Origin: Azolla caroliniana
Lineage: Eukaryota; Plantae; Polypodiophyta
Direction: 5' to 3'
Assembly: GCA_043228905.1 (NCBI GenBank)
Contig: JBHGNT010000021.1
Coordinates: forward strand, 186,001-250,000
DNA length: 64,000 nt
Positions 37,801 through 50,400 of the stretch are shown here, piece by piece. Every line of letters starts with the position of its first letter. Within the stretch, counting starts at the first letter, position 1. The position numbers were made by a program, and so were the translations under genes. The notes under the pieces are model-generated. The model did no database searches. It saw only the letters and a program-made list of their open reading frames with translations, and had not been told where the DNA came from.

Positions 37801-40800
37801 GAATTGGACCAGCTCACTACTAGATACAACTAGTGCTAGATAGTACTTATCTTAAAGTCAATGGCACATACTTCAAGACTAAGTACATCGTAACTGATTA
37901 GTTGACCAAGTCAAATATTCTTCTAGTTGACTTGATTAGTCAATCCTATTAGCCTACTTTGCTCTATTGTACATACATTGTGTCCTCATCTACGGTTTCC
38001 TAGATTGACACCTCATCGGCCCATATGGTCGGGTTGCACAATAGCTACTCCTCATTTGGGGGGCTATCACAAAATGTGCATTCTAAGAGTACATATAGGG
38101 ATAAATTGACAACTTAGGGTTGAAGTCAATCCTATTAGCCTACTTTGCTCTTTCGTACATACATTGTGTCCTCATCTATGGTTTCCTAGATTGACACCTT
38201 ATCAACCCATATGGTCGGGTTGCACAATAGCTACTCCTCATTTGGGGGGCTATCACAAAATGTGCACTGTAAGAGTACATATAGGGATAAATTGACAACT
38301 TAGGGTTGATCATTGATTATATCTAACAAAAATGAGGAACAAGTTCAAGTCCATTATGGATCTCAAAAAGACTGTTGTTATGTCTTGTTATCAACCCAAA
38401 ACAAAGATTAAGCAATGTTTTCCTTTCACTGTGCATTTTTTTCATGATGAATTCTGAAGAATAAACTACATTTAGCTATAGCTCCTAGTCTACCCAAATT
38501 TAAGAGATTACTTTCACTTTATAGGAAGTGTTAAAGTAGTGTATCACAAATGCCCACTCATAAGCGTCATCCTCTTGGTCAAGCGAATATTAGAAACTTC
38601 AACCGATATATTTATGCTGATAAAATTCATCCAGTTTGGATTTCAATCCTGATGGCTCCAAACTATCCATGCTTAACCAATCAAATTTATTTGAACACTG
38701 GTATTCTTAACAATTTGGACACTGCCGTTGCAGTAATTATGCTGGAACAATATAATAATTCACTTTCCAGAAAAGTTTACCTTAAAAGGAGGCATCCAAA
38801 TTTTTTTATTTGTTGCTGTGTCAAGGGCAGCCTCACGATTTGCAGGCACTAAACATGATTTATCAGTATTCAGCATACATTCCCCATAGTACTTTCTTCC
38901 TCGTGCAAAATTAACTAGTCAATAACACAAAAAGGAAGGTTTCATACACCATATCATCGTAAGCAAACTTTACTGGTGAGCATGTTTGAAAATAATTACC
39001 ATTTGCATCAGATGGACGTAAATTGTGTAGATCGCTAAATTCTGCTTGCCCTCGTCTGATACCATATGAACGAGGCCACAAATGTTCTCCTACATCAGAA
39101 AATCTAAGCATAACACAAAAGGATAAGAAAACCATCCAAAAGTCATATTCAAACATATCTTACTGTTCCAGCCATCTGATTTTCCAGCCAGTGCTTTCGA
39201 GACAGCCTTCTGACTATAGATTTCAATGCTATCAGGCCCAATGTATATTATCTGATTAGTCATTCACTTTTTTAAAGGATATCTTTCATTCTCTTTGAAA
39301 ATTCATACTCACATGTCAATTGATGCTTCAGGGTTGAATGGATCTGCTGCATCAAGAATTTTCAATGCATCCCAAACCTGAAAATAAGAGTAGTACAAGT
39401 GTAACATGCAGCACACGTTCTGTTCTCATTCAAAGGTATTACAAAGTTATATATCATTATGTGTATGTATATGTATAGAAGAAGCTTCATCTTGACAAAG
39501 GAAAAATATGTCACCTACACTAGCCAATGTGATTTCATTGACAAAATTAGTGATGGATACAAGTAAAAATAACTCTCTCTCAAACGATTAGGTTTATACT
39601 TTTTTGACTTAGCTACTCTCTTTGATGACACCACTTTGGTGATTGTAATCTTTAACTACGTCTCATAGACCATTATGGTATCTTAGTGTCCTTGGGGAAG
39701 CATAATGAAACCCATTAAGAGTAAAATAATAAACAATGATCTACCTCTATCTGCATCTGAAGCATCATATATCTGCCACTCTCATCTCACTGAACCACCC
39801 AAAACAACGATATGCAACTCCCTTTTGAATACCATTGACATGCTTCATGACGATATCTGTTCATGATGAGCATCCTATCTGCAACCATTCACCATTCTGA
39901 TACTCTTCTCTAAAATCACCGCTTTGATTCTTGTATAGAAAGCCAACTTCCACTTCTCCCTTGTATCAAAGATTTCTGCCATGGCTCCCTTTTCTGTGCT
40001 AAATAAGGCACATGGAGATCATCCACTAGTAGAAAACAATTTATGTCCAAAGTATGTGCATAATGTCTCAGCGTCTCCATCTAGTGCCAGAAGAAAACTA
40101 CACGAGCACAGCAAGCCTCATAAATTATCTCTCGAAGAAGATTATACTTCAACTTTGTTGAAATGCTGCTCATTTGTACATGTATCTAATTCCAGTATGA
40201 AATACCATTTGATTCTCTTGGACAATTTCCTAACCTTCATGTATCTTAAATTTGACAGAAATGTATTTACAATAAATTCAACAGAAATATATAAAATGTG
40301 ACAAACGTCCTATAAAATTGTAGACTTCCTCCCATAGTTTAATGTCATTTCATGCACGGAAAAATACTTGAGCTGATTGGCAAACAATGCTTTTCCCAAA
40401 ACAAAGACATAAATAATTGGCCATACCTGGTCATAGGACACAACATGATGATTCTTGATGATGTTGAAGAGCTTCTTTCTCAATTTTGCACCTTTGAGGT
40501 CATCAAGACCTTGATAGTAGTGAACAACGTCATCACACTTGTGCTGTAAAGGCATAGCAGCCATGGATGGATCACCAAAAGCGCATAATAAGACCGAAAG
40601 TACGACCATAAGAAGACATTGAACAACATCCACCCTCCGCCAATGAGGAACAAGACCATCCACAGCATCAGTGGAAGGTGAAGCAGAAGAAACAGTTGGA
40701 AGTACACAAACAGGAAAGAGGACCTCTGCTAGAAAAGCTTCTTTTTTGTGATCATGATTTACACCATATATTGAAGATGGCTTGATCCTTCTTATTTTCA

Positions 40801-40921
40801 TTCGTCTGAAGTTACAACCTGAGGTTTGCATGGGTTCAGTGAATGAAGAAGAATGTTGCTTCACCATATCCTGCCTAAGGCAACGCTCTAGACAGTGGAG
40901 AGGGAGAGCAGTACTAACCAT
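31831..40921 (-). CDS. Endonuclease I family / Bsn-like extracellular ribonuclease (His-Me nuclease), 7 exons
   Basis: Exons 40921-40427, 39377-39313, 39228-39164, 39089-39000, 38914-38781, 32276-32174 and 32009-31831, GT-AG and in phase. Motifs: YYQGLDDLKGAKLRKKL, GWNREHLWPRSYG, DLHNLRPSDANVNFARG, RGDIARSLMYMAVRY, YQHNRNPFVDYPE. The start codon is uncertain. Confidence 0.9.
35200..35900. repeat. ~124-bp tandem array (about 5.5 copies) inside an unidentified insertion that splits Copia gag
   Basis: AAGTCCGAACGCCTTGA-like anchors at 35244, 35368, 35493, 35617, 35741 and 35865. Confidence 0.9.
36462..37593 (+). mobile_element. 5'-truncated LINE (RTE-like) nested between the Copia PBS and gag
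   Basis: RT thumb SFKYLG..LFDTLVTPVLLYGVEV, C-terminal RLSSHALRCETGRW..RLCTFC..ESEYHTLIQC, (TATC)n tail. Confidence 0.88.
37938..38309. repeat. 186-bp tandem duplication at the outer end of the Copia 5' LTR
   Basis: Units begin AGTCAATCCTATTAGCC at 37938 and 38124. Confidence 0.9.
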
Positions 40922-41419
40922 TGCCGCCAGGTTTGTTGGAGAGCGTCTGTCTGTCTGTCTGTCTGTATGGAGACCCAAATTTCATGAGAATGACTCCTTA
41001 GATATTTGCCGCTGGGCTTGGGCTTGGGCTTGGGCTTTACAAATTTTACTGCGATCGCCCGCAGATAACCCCCCTGCAGATAACCCCCCTCCCCCTCTCA
41101 TTCATATTCATATGATGATGTAACATCACCGTTAAAGAAAAAACAGAAAGAAGTGGCCCATCAAGTTGCCAGTCGCTCTGCATTGCAGACAAAATCAGTA
41201 GCCTTTCCTCTCTCCAGAATTCATGCTTTTATGGTTTAAGAAAATCTACTTTGACACCATTCATTCTATGTCCTAGTATAAATCCAATGATTGAGATTTA
41301 TACTAGGACTCGTATCTAGCACAAATGTTATTACATATATACTTCTTACATTTGCTCCTATCCTTTTGGCTTTGTTATTGCTTGTTCCGGAGGGGCCTCT
41401 TTCTCTCACTAACGTTTTT

Positions 41420-42890
41420 CTTCTTTTTGTCCAAAAAAAAACTCCTTCCATTAGTTATAAAATTTTACAAATGAGACGATTATGTACAAATCCTTGTAGG
41501 GACGTGATAGTTCCATCTAATGTGGAAGCCCACTGACTCAAGAAAGGGAGAGGACGACCATTGTTGGATGAAGGCTATGCATTGTCTTTCAACTCCCTCG
41601 GAGCCACCTTTAAGGCCATAATATTGGCTCTTCAAAGTGGCTACAATTTCACTCCATATCTCTTGCAGTAACCTTGTTCGATGGGTGGTTTGGTTGGAGA
41701 AGACTCGCCTACATCGTTGTTTCCATAGAATCCAAAGGGTTATTGGGCTGACCAATTCCAACACCTCTTAAGATTTGTCATTAAGAGGAATATAGTGGAC
41801 ATTGCCGCTGGAGGAGAAAAGAACCTCTTGTGCTTTTATCACCAAAGTCATCCCCTCCTCCTGATGCTCGTATCGGCCAATTGCAGCCTGCCATGATAGC
41901 CAACATATATTTCCCCACTTGATTGAACCTTGCACCTGGCAAATTTGCAACAAGCGGCCAACCCCCCGCCATATTCTATGGGATGTTGGGCAGTCCCACA
42001 GAGCGTGTCGTATGGATTCTACTGCATGTGGGCAATCTACACAATTAGGAGAGCTAAGGTTCCCACGTTGCCATGCTCCCACCGGTAGGGACTTATGTAT
42101 TAACAGCCATTGGAAAGTGGTAATTCGCCTCGCGTGTTGTTGCTTCCAGATTTTCTGCCAAAACTTGGTGATTATTGCGGAGGGAACTTGAAATGTGTAC
42201 CAGACCTTCGCAGTAGCCGGCTCTCGGGCGGCTTGAGTAGTTAGAATGTGGCGACCCAATCTAGTTGTGAATTGGAAGAAAGGGATGGGTTTGCTTCCAT
42301 GCCCCGCTTAGGGATCACACCATGTCCATTGCAAAGGGTCCCAATTGACCTTACGTAGCCATGTGTTTTCATGAGTACATATATGCCAATCGGGTTGTAC
42401 TTTGATCGGATCAGGATCTACAATCCATTTATGACCAGTGTACGCGAGTACTCGAATGGCGTTATTCTGTGTGGGTGTCTCAGTGTCTCGCAATTCATGG
42501 CCTTCGAGCCTGTCTGGTGATCCCCTACCTCTCGGGATCAGAGAGCCCTCCTCCTCGTGGCCTATCCATTTCTCCATTGTCGTCCTTTGAGTAGCGGATT
42601 CCCTAATTAGTGGCACGTTAATGATTTCCGATCTCATAGTCCATCCACCCCTGATTCCATGGAGTATGTTCGCTTGATCTTGTAGTGGCATTGACATAAA
42701 CCGTAGCCAACATTCTATACTTTTGCCTGGACCTTCAGCAATGTATCCCCATGACAACCCCTTACGTGATCCCAGTAGTTGATTATATTCATCCTTGAGA
42801 CATGGGTTCCATAGGATACGTTGACTGAGCCAGGCAGGTTTGGATCTCGGTTGATCACACTGGAGCCCTCGATGAATGTCACACTCACTA
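41420..42890 (-). mobile_element. L1-type LINE 3' fragment (zf-RVT region)
   Basis: FWQKIWK..TFQWLLIHKSLPVG..CVDC..ESIRHALWDC and LWILWKQRCRRVF. Confidence 0.82.
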
Positions 42891-43393
42891 ACGTTTTTCA
42901 AGCATTATGTAGTGAAAGTCCATAAATGTTTTATACTCAAGACTTGTATACCTCACTCTTCAGAATTTAAATTTGCATTTTGTATTTGTAATCCACTCAT
43001 TGTGAAACTTTCATCCACACCATGAATCTATCTTACATTGAACAACCTATCCTATCAACAATGTAATCCTATTTCATGAATTTTGTATTGTGTTTATAAT
43101 GTGGCAAATGCAGTCTAGCAAATTTATCACCAACATCTAAGAACTTATTTGAGATTTATTGCAAACTAGGTCCAAACGAATGGCCAAATTACATATCACC
43201 AGGAGTCCTAAATTCCTTAAATCCAAGAGTCCTGATGTGCATCAAATGTTTCTAACATTCAGCCATTAAATGCAAAATTAAATAAGCAAAAGAGCTAACA
43301 TATTCCAATACCACTTTAATGGTCCAACTTCAACTTCCATATAATACTCTTTTGGTCCAAGACAACTATGAAACATACAATTAACATCACAAT

Positions 43394-43551
43394 CATAGTT
43401 CTAGCCATACGTCCCATTCGTGTCATACTCAAACGCCAATATTCGTATCATACTCATACGTGAAAAGGCTCCAAGTATGATTGAAATCCATACGCGGTAC
43501 ATAGATATATTATATATACATATGGTGTATATGGTGTACATAGTGTGTGTG

Positions 43552-43595
<44 letters not shown>

Positions 43596-43985
43596 TGTGT
43601 GGTCTAGAGAGAGAAGCCCTGTTTTGCATGTGTGAGGAGACAGTGATTGAGTGTATATCTAGACTCTAGAGAGAGAGAGAGAGAGAGAGGAGCTATGGGT
43701 TTTGTCTGTGTGAGGGAGTATGTAATATGTATATTAGATATCTAGATTTTGTAGAGAGAGAAAATCTGTCAGTTCTCATGTGAGAGAGAGAGAGAGAGTG
43801 TGTGTGTATGTGTGTCAGATGTCACTTCTATTCACAAAATATTATGAATATCAAAAAAAAAAAAAACCCAAAAAAAGTCAAAAAAAAAAAAAGAAGCCAA
43901 ACGAATATCGCGTATCATACGCGTACGTTTGCAAACGTTCGCGTACGTCCAGTAAATTGGACGTACGCGAATATTAGGAACTATG
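43394..43985. mobile_element. Non-autonomous hAT element (MITE)
   Basis: TIR CATAGTTC/GAACTATG; perfect 8-bp TSD ATCACAAT (43386-43393 and 43986-43993); CGTA-rich subterminal motifs; (GA)n core. Confidence 0.88.
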
Positions 43986-44473
43986 ATCACAATTGTGTTT
44001 TAATAAAAATTGGTATGCAAAGATAACATTTATTTTTTCGAGCAATATCAAATGGTACAAAAACTTCAACTCAAATGGTAATTTGATAAAGAAAATGCTT
44101 CAAATATATATATATATATATATGGATGGGTGTCAATATGGTAGCATAACATGTCCAATTCTTTCACGACATGGAACCTTAGCAAAAGGTAGCGGCTTTG
44201 TTACGTATGCACATTTCATGATGTGACTGATGATTGTGCAACAAGTGTCAATTGGATCAATCATCTATTCACCTCCAAAATTTAAATGCCTGGAAAAAAC
44301 GTAATAGCTACATGTAGCATATACTCAATAGTGATACAGTGGGAGATCTACATACACAAAAGTTCAATGCATGACTATTGTTGCACAACAAACATGGCGG
44401 GGATACTTGTAATGTTTTACTCAATATATCGAAGGGTAATTTTCCTACATAGAAAAAGTTCAAATATAAATTA

Positions 44474-47400
44474 CTATTGGATTAGTTGGAACATATAGTT
44501 AGGTCGGCCTGCCCGTGCATCACTTTCAACATACATGGTGGTCAGAGTGAGCTTTTTTGTTGTCATTTCTACAGTTGTTAAACGTGTTCCCATGGTGTCA
44601 GTAAACCTGTAACTCAAAAAGGATAAAGTGCATGCAGATGTGAAAGGATTGGGACTCTACCCAGTAATGGGAAAACTCCAGCACACCTTGTACAATTTCT
44701 GTTACCTTAATCTGTCTCCATCATCTTCTTGACTGCAACCAGATATCCCTACTGTTCACATTCAAGAACTGTCAAAGGATGACTAATACTAAAGAACATG
44801 GCGATTGTATAAACAAAATGCTAACCAGGTTTTTGGATCCTTCTCATGCAACATGATCCAGATGTTAATGTAATTTTATGCAATTTATTTACAGGATATG
44901 ACTTTTGTTAGTTCCAGACAGCGGATCACTAGCACTCTTCTATACATTGCCAATATCAGCTCAAATGAATGGGTTTTTCCTCCGAACTTGATCAAACACA
45001 AGCTTAACATTATTTATGAGATTCTGTTGTTTTAACAGACCAAAAATTAAGAGAACCAAAAAGAAATATGAAGAATTAAATACTCAATTTTGTGTAAGGA
45101 GGGCAATGCTCATTCAAGAAAACAAAATCTGGGCTCGTATGGCAAGTGACTCAACAGGTATCTATGCAATTCCTTTCCCTTTCCCATATACACCATGAGG
45201 ATAATTTCAGATGGATTCCAAGAATTATATAAAGATTGTTCTGAAAAAGATCATGCATGGTTTAATACATTCGGCAAGAAGGTGTCGGTGGTGTTAGAGT
45301 GGTAAAGAGATAAAACTATCACACCTAAAAGTCTTTGGTTTTGTAGCATATGTTCATATCAGTGATCAAGGCAGGAATATGCTTGATCCCAAATCTAAGA
45401 AATGCACCTTCATCAGCTATGGCAAGGATGAGTTTGGTTACCACATTTGGGATGCAAAAAAGGAAGATGATCCGGAGCAAAGATGTACAAGGATAGGCAT
45501 TAAACTGACATCAACGACTCAGAGCAGAGTGGGCCAATATTTGCAGTGCAGATAATGTTCGTCCCATGACAGAGCTAATTGTAGCCAGTCTTGAGCTAGA
45601 AGAACTTGTTAGACAGAGCAGTGCACAACGGTCCCACGCATTGCATCCTCTTATTCCAGGTCCTATATTGAGAAGGTCTTCTCCACCTCATGTGTCTAAT
45701 AGGAGATATATGAACTATTTCATGCTGACTGATGAAGGGGAGCCTGAATGCTATGATGAATCCTGTCAGACTGGTGATGTTAAAAAATGGGAGATTGCCA
45801 TGAAAAATGAGATGGAGTCTCTGATCTCCAACCAGACATGGGAACTAGCTGAGTTACCTGTGGGGAAGAAGGCACTTCATAACAAATGGGTGTACAGCTG
45901 AAAGATGAGTGTGATGGTTCAAAGAGACACAAAGCCCGACTAGTTGTTAAAAGGATTCTAACAGAAGGAAGGAATTGACTACACTGAAATTTTCGCTCAC
46001 ATTGTGAAACTCAATATTATTGGATTAATGTTAATTGTTGTTGCCATTGAAGATCTTTATCTTGAACAGTTCGACGTGAAGACTGCATTTCTGCACCATA
46101 GAGAGGTGTTTGTACTTTGGTAAGGGCGAGTTAAAGTGGATTTTGAGGTATCAACAAGGCACCACAGAGAAGTGGTTGTACTTTGGTATCTACAAGGCTA
46201 TGTACATGTAGAGTTTGGAGGTGAAGTCAGTCACGGGAAAAGCACCACCGATGATATATTCACAGTTTGAATTATCATTGTTAGCTGGGACTCTGGGAGT
46301 CACAGTTACATAAGATTGTCAGTCTATCCACTACAGAAGCTGAGTATGTAGCAATGAGTGAAGCTAGTAAAGAGACAATATGGCTTCAGGTTTGTTAACT
46401 GAGTTGGGATTCAAACAAGAGAAGAATGTTCTGCACAATGATAGTCAGAGTGCAATACACTTGGCAAGAATTCGGCATTTCATTCTAGATCTAAGCATAT
46501 TGGACTTCATTATCACTTCGTCATTATTTCGTGCTCTCACTAATCTGGTTTATAAGAAAATTTGTTTAATTTCCTCAACAGAAGGTTGGTCAACAAAAAC
46601 AAAATTACTAAGTGGCATGCATATGTGCATTATGTATAAGCTAGGTTAGTCAGGTTAACTATCTTTCACTTCAAAAGTGGAGGGAGAATGTTACTTCACA
46701 GTAAATGCAATCACACAGGTTACCATCGCTCACACAGGTTATCTGGATACTTACTCTTCATATCCTCGGCTATTTGTAGATCTGAGTTCAGAGTAATTGC
46801 TGGTGGGGACTGTCGAACTGATACATTTGGAGATGCTTCATCTGTAGGCGTTAGTAATGGTCCTTGTAAGAACACAGGTGATTCCACCACCGGAGTGGTT
46901 TGAAATGAAGCTATGGATGAAGACAATACAGAAGTATGCTGAAAAGATGATAGAGGTGCTGGTGATGGTGGTGGTGTTGGTTTTCCTCCAGGTGGTAGCA
47001 TGTTCAATTTTATCCTGAGTAGGGTAAATCTTGTAAGAAGATAAAATAGTAAGTTCGAATCTCAGAAACCCGATAAAGGATTAAAGGTATATGTTGAAAT
47101 TACTTGTTCTGCACATCTATATATTCGTCAGTCTCATCCAAAATTTCTTCCTGCAGTCATTTAAATTACCATCACTAAACCATTAAACACAGACAACTAA
47201 TGTCCTAAAATACCAGGCTCCAGCTATATAGATTGCATAATTTGCAGGTAAGTAGTTTCTGATAGGCATTTATCTGACTGAAGAAAAAATTGTTTCGATC
47301 CTGGAAACTCCCATTGATTTCATCAAAGCAAACACATTCTTATGGAAGGGATCACAATTCCATTGCCTCTAATGGAACGACTCGAGTTTTACCTGTATGT

Positions 47401-50400
47401 TGCTACATAAACCTACTTTGTCTGCTATGAATTAATTTTTCCACAAAAAACCACCATGTTACACCAATTCGCTCATTAAATCTACCTTCTGTGCAGAAGT
47501 TCAGAAACTGTTTTGTGCTATTTGCCACCAAACTTGGGAGCTTTGTAACACACATTTCAGCATGGGTCAGATTTAAGTATAGAAATCTCTACGCCAATGA
47601 CAGTAGAGTCAACATGTTTACAATTTATATTACTCATGCAGATGTTACATTATGGCAGCCTTTACATGCATATCATGTTTCTATGACATTAAGGAATCAG
47701 ATATGTTTCTATTCTAAAGACAGATATAGTGAATCGCATTAAGATTTCCAGTTAAATAATGTATTCACAAAAAATGGAGAATGATAACTACGTAGTAAGA
47801 GAGAGCGCCTCTTCCGTTATTATTGCCCATGGTTGTAAACATGGTTATTATTAGGACGCCTTACTTCCTATCAATCTAAAATAGAATGATAAATTACCAC
47901 TTTCTAGTCATGGTGCTGGTAATCAGTAATAAACTTTAATTTTCAGCAGCCAGAGAGGTATTATTGAATGTTACCATAGGAATCCAAAAAGGTGTTAAAG
48001 CTAGCCAAATAATTTAGCACGAGTAGAAAGTTTTATTTCCCATGTTAGAACAGACATCCTAGAAATATTCTGTGGATTCAAACAGGCCACCTTAAAATGA
48101 GGAAAATCATACCAACTTGCATATGGAATTTAGCATACAGCAATAATGCATAATATGGATACCTGTAGCAGTTCCTCGATTACATCCTCCATTGTAATGA
48201 TTCCAATAACCTCCTCATCCAAAGGGAAACTCGGGATAAATCGTTCACTGATCTCCAAAAGATCATCATCCCACTTCCTACTTCTCTGACTTAGATTTTC
48301 TGTTCTGCCTTCATCTTTTCTAGAAATTGACAAGCCAGATCCATGCAATGGATTTTGTTTGCAACATAAATTTCTGGAATCTGCCACATTCTCAACTTCA
48401 GGAACATCCAATTTTATCGCAATGAATGAGCCTGTCAAATCATGCAACTATGGTCACATCCTACTGTTCCAGACTCTAAACTGACGCCACAATTTGCAGT
48501 AAGTCATAAACGTTTCTCAAATTGCTTCTAAGGGATGGAGTTTTACTTTGGGAGGCTGCAAAAAATCCACTGAAGTGTTTGCAATCAAGCATTCAGAGAG
48601 GACATTACTTTTACTGTGTGATAGGTGTAATAACGTAGACATTGACAAACATTCACATGAAACATTGAATTATATAGAAAAAACAGACAACTATGTTACA
48701 CCTTGCACAACCTTGTGCTCCATTGCTATTGTATCTCGAGCTGCCCATTCTTCTATCTACATGACCTCTTATCTCCTTGCGCTTGCTATCCATCTTCTCT
48801 TCACTGTATCTTACAACTGCTGCCATATGGCTGTGTCCCTTCTGAAATTCATTGAGAATGTCATATAATGGCATGTTTGCATCAACCCTGTTTGAATAGG
48901 TATTTAAATCATTCAGAAAGTTTCAATTGCATTCAAATCTTTCCATTAGATAGCAGATGGCATTGAATATATGACGCACCTCGGAATTTTGCGTATTGTT
49001 GCATGTTGTCTCACTAGCATCTTATCTTCAGGTCGTGTTGTTAGCAAGTTCTTTACCTAAAAATAAACCAATATAGAAAATGCCAAAAGATTTTCATGCA
49101 AGAACACTTATATAAAGGAGGTCTCCATACTCAGTTTCTCCGCTTTTGGCATAAATAGCTATTTTTACTGGTTTTCTCCTCAGAAACTTCAAATTCATCT
49201 CTCATGAGCTAATGAAAGAAAGTCATTAGCCTCTTTACTAGGATACCATCGTTATAACTTATAGCTTTAAACCATTGACCTTTGATACATTTTGAAGTAT
49301 CACAGGCTGTTTTGCTGAAAATGTTTCGTTTTATTAAATCATCTGAACATGCAGAGTCTATTCGTTTATTATGGGCCCAGTTTGTGGGGTCCTAAATAAA
49401 ACATTTGTATATAGCACATGTTGCTCTTTCAATTTCTATATTGATTTGAAAATATTCAGGCTTAAACTGAAAGCATCTTCAAGATGCCTAAATGGTATGC
49501 ACTATGACGCAAATTGCTGAGTAGCAACTAAACTTTGTATATCATCAGCAAGATAATAAAATTGGAATTTAAGTTTTAGGATGATCAGATAACATAATTC
49601 GCATTGTATGTGATTAAGTGCCCCGGGTATGAATCTTTCCGGGTACCAAACAACAAATTCATGATGGTTACCTGATTATTTTCCAAAGAAAAAACACTCA
49701 CCAAAACTAGACCAATTATATTGGTCAGTGAGCCTGAATATACAGGAATCCGACTATGCCCTTTTGTCATTATCAAGTTCATCATATTCCTGCAGCCGAA
49801 GAGAAACTCACACACCGGTTATCATTTTCCACCAACCATTTCAAATTGATTCAACAACAGCCATACATGTCAAGCATCGCATTGACATCAATAGAAAAAG
49901 TTGTATGAATAGGCATCATTGCATCTTTCGCTGTCTTCTGAGACATTTCCAATGCACCAGTAATTATTGTCGTCTCATCATGTGTTAATTCGCCTCCTTT
50001 CCCAGCCTATCAGAAAGAAACATCCAAATATTAATTATTCTGATTCAAACATAAACAAGCAAAGAGAGATTACAAGCTATTGAGTGAATCAATCATAAAT
50101 CAATCTACAATCAATGAGAAGAAACGCTACAATAAAGGCAAGTTGAAGCATGCTTGCATACCAACTCAATTACCTATCTCATCCGTATGATAGATAAAGT
50201 TCAATTCTACGAATACGCACATGCTGTTGATTCTACTTTACAACCAATATATCCAGAATATAAACATGGAGAACATGCTGGGAAATCCAGGATAAAAGGC
50301 AAAACTTCTAACTGAATCTCATCCATGTGCTTTTACTCGTGCATTCCCAATAGTTCTCAAGCATCAGATTCAACAAATAGCTTAACTATTTTTACTGATT

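Larger units (their letters stand above)
32359..38071 (-). mobile_element. Degenerate Ty1/Copia LTR retrotransposon in intron 5 of the nuclease gene
   Basis: Homologous LTRs start TGTTA(A/G)AAATATTGAGAAT at 32359 and 37656; tRNA-iMet PBS (TGGTATCAGAGC on the minus strand, about 37644-37655); gag KLDETNYILWKFKM, Zn knuckle CFYCDKKGHTIKDC, protease WILNSGAS, RT/RNaseH GYCDFDWAGD. Outer LTR ends are approximate. Confidence 0.9.
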
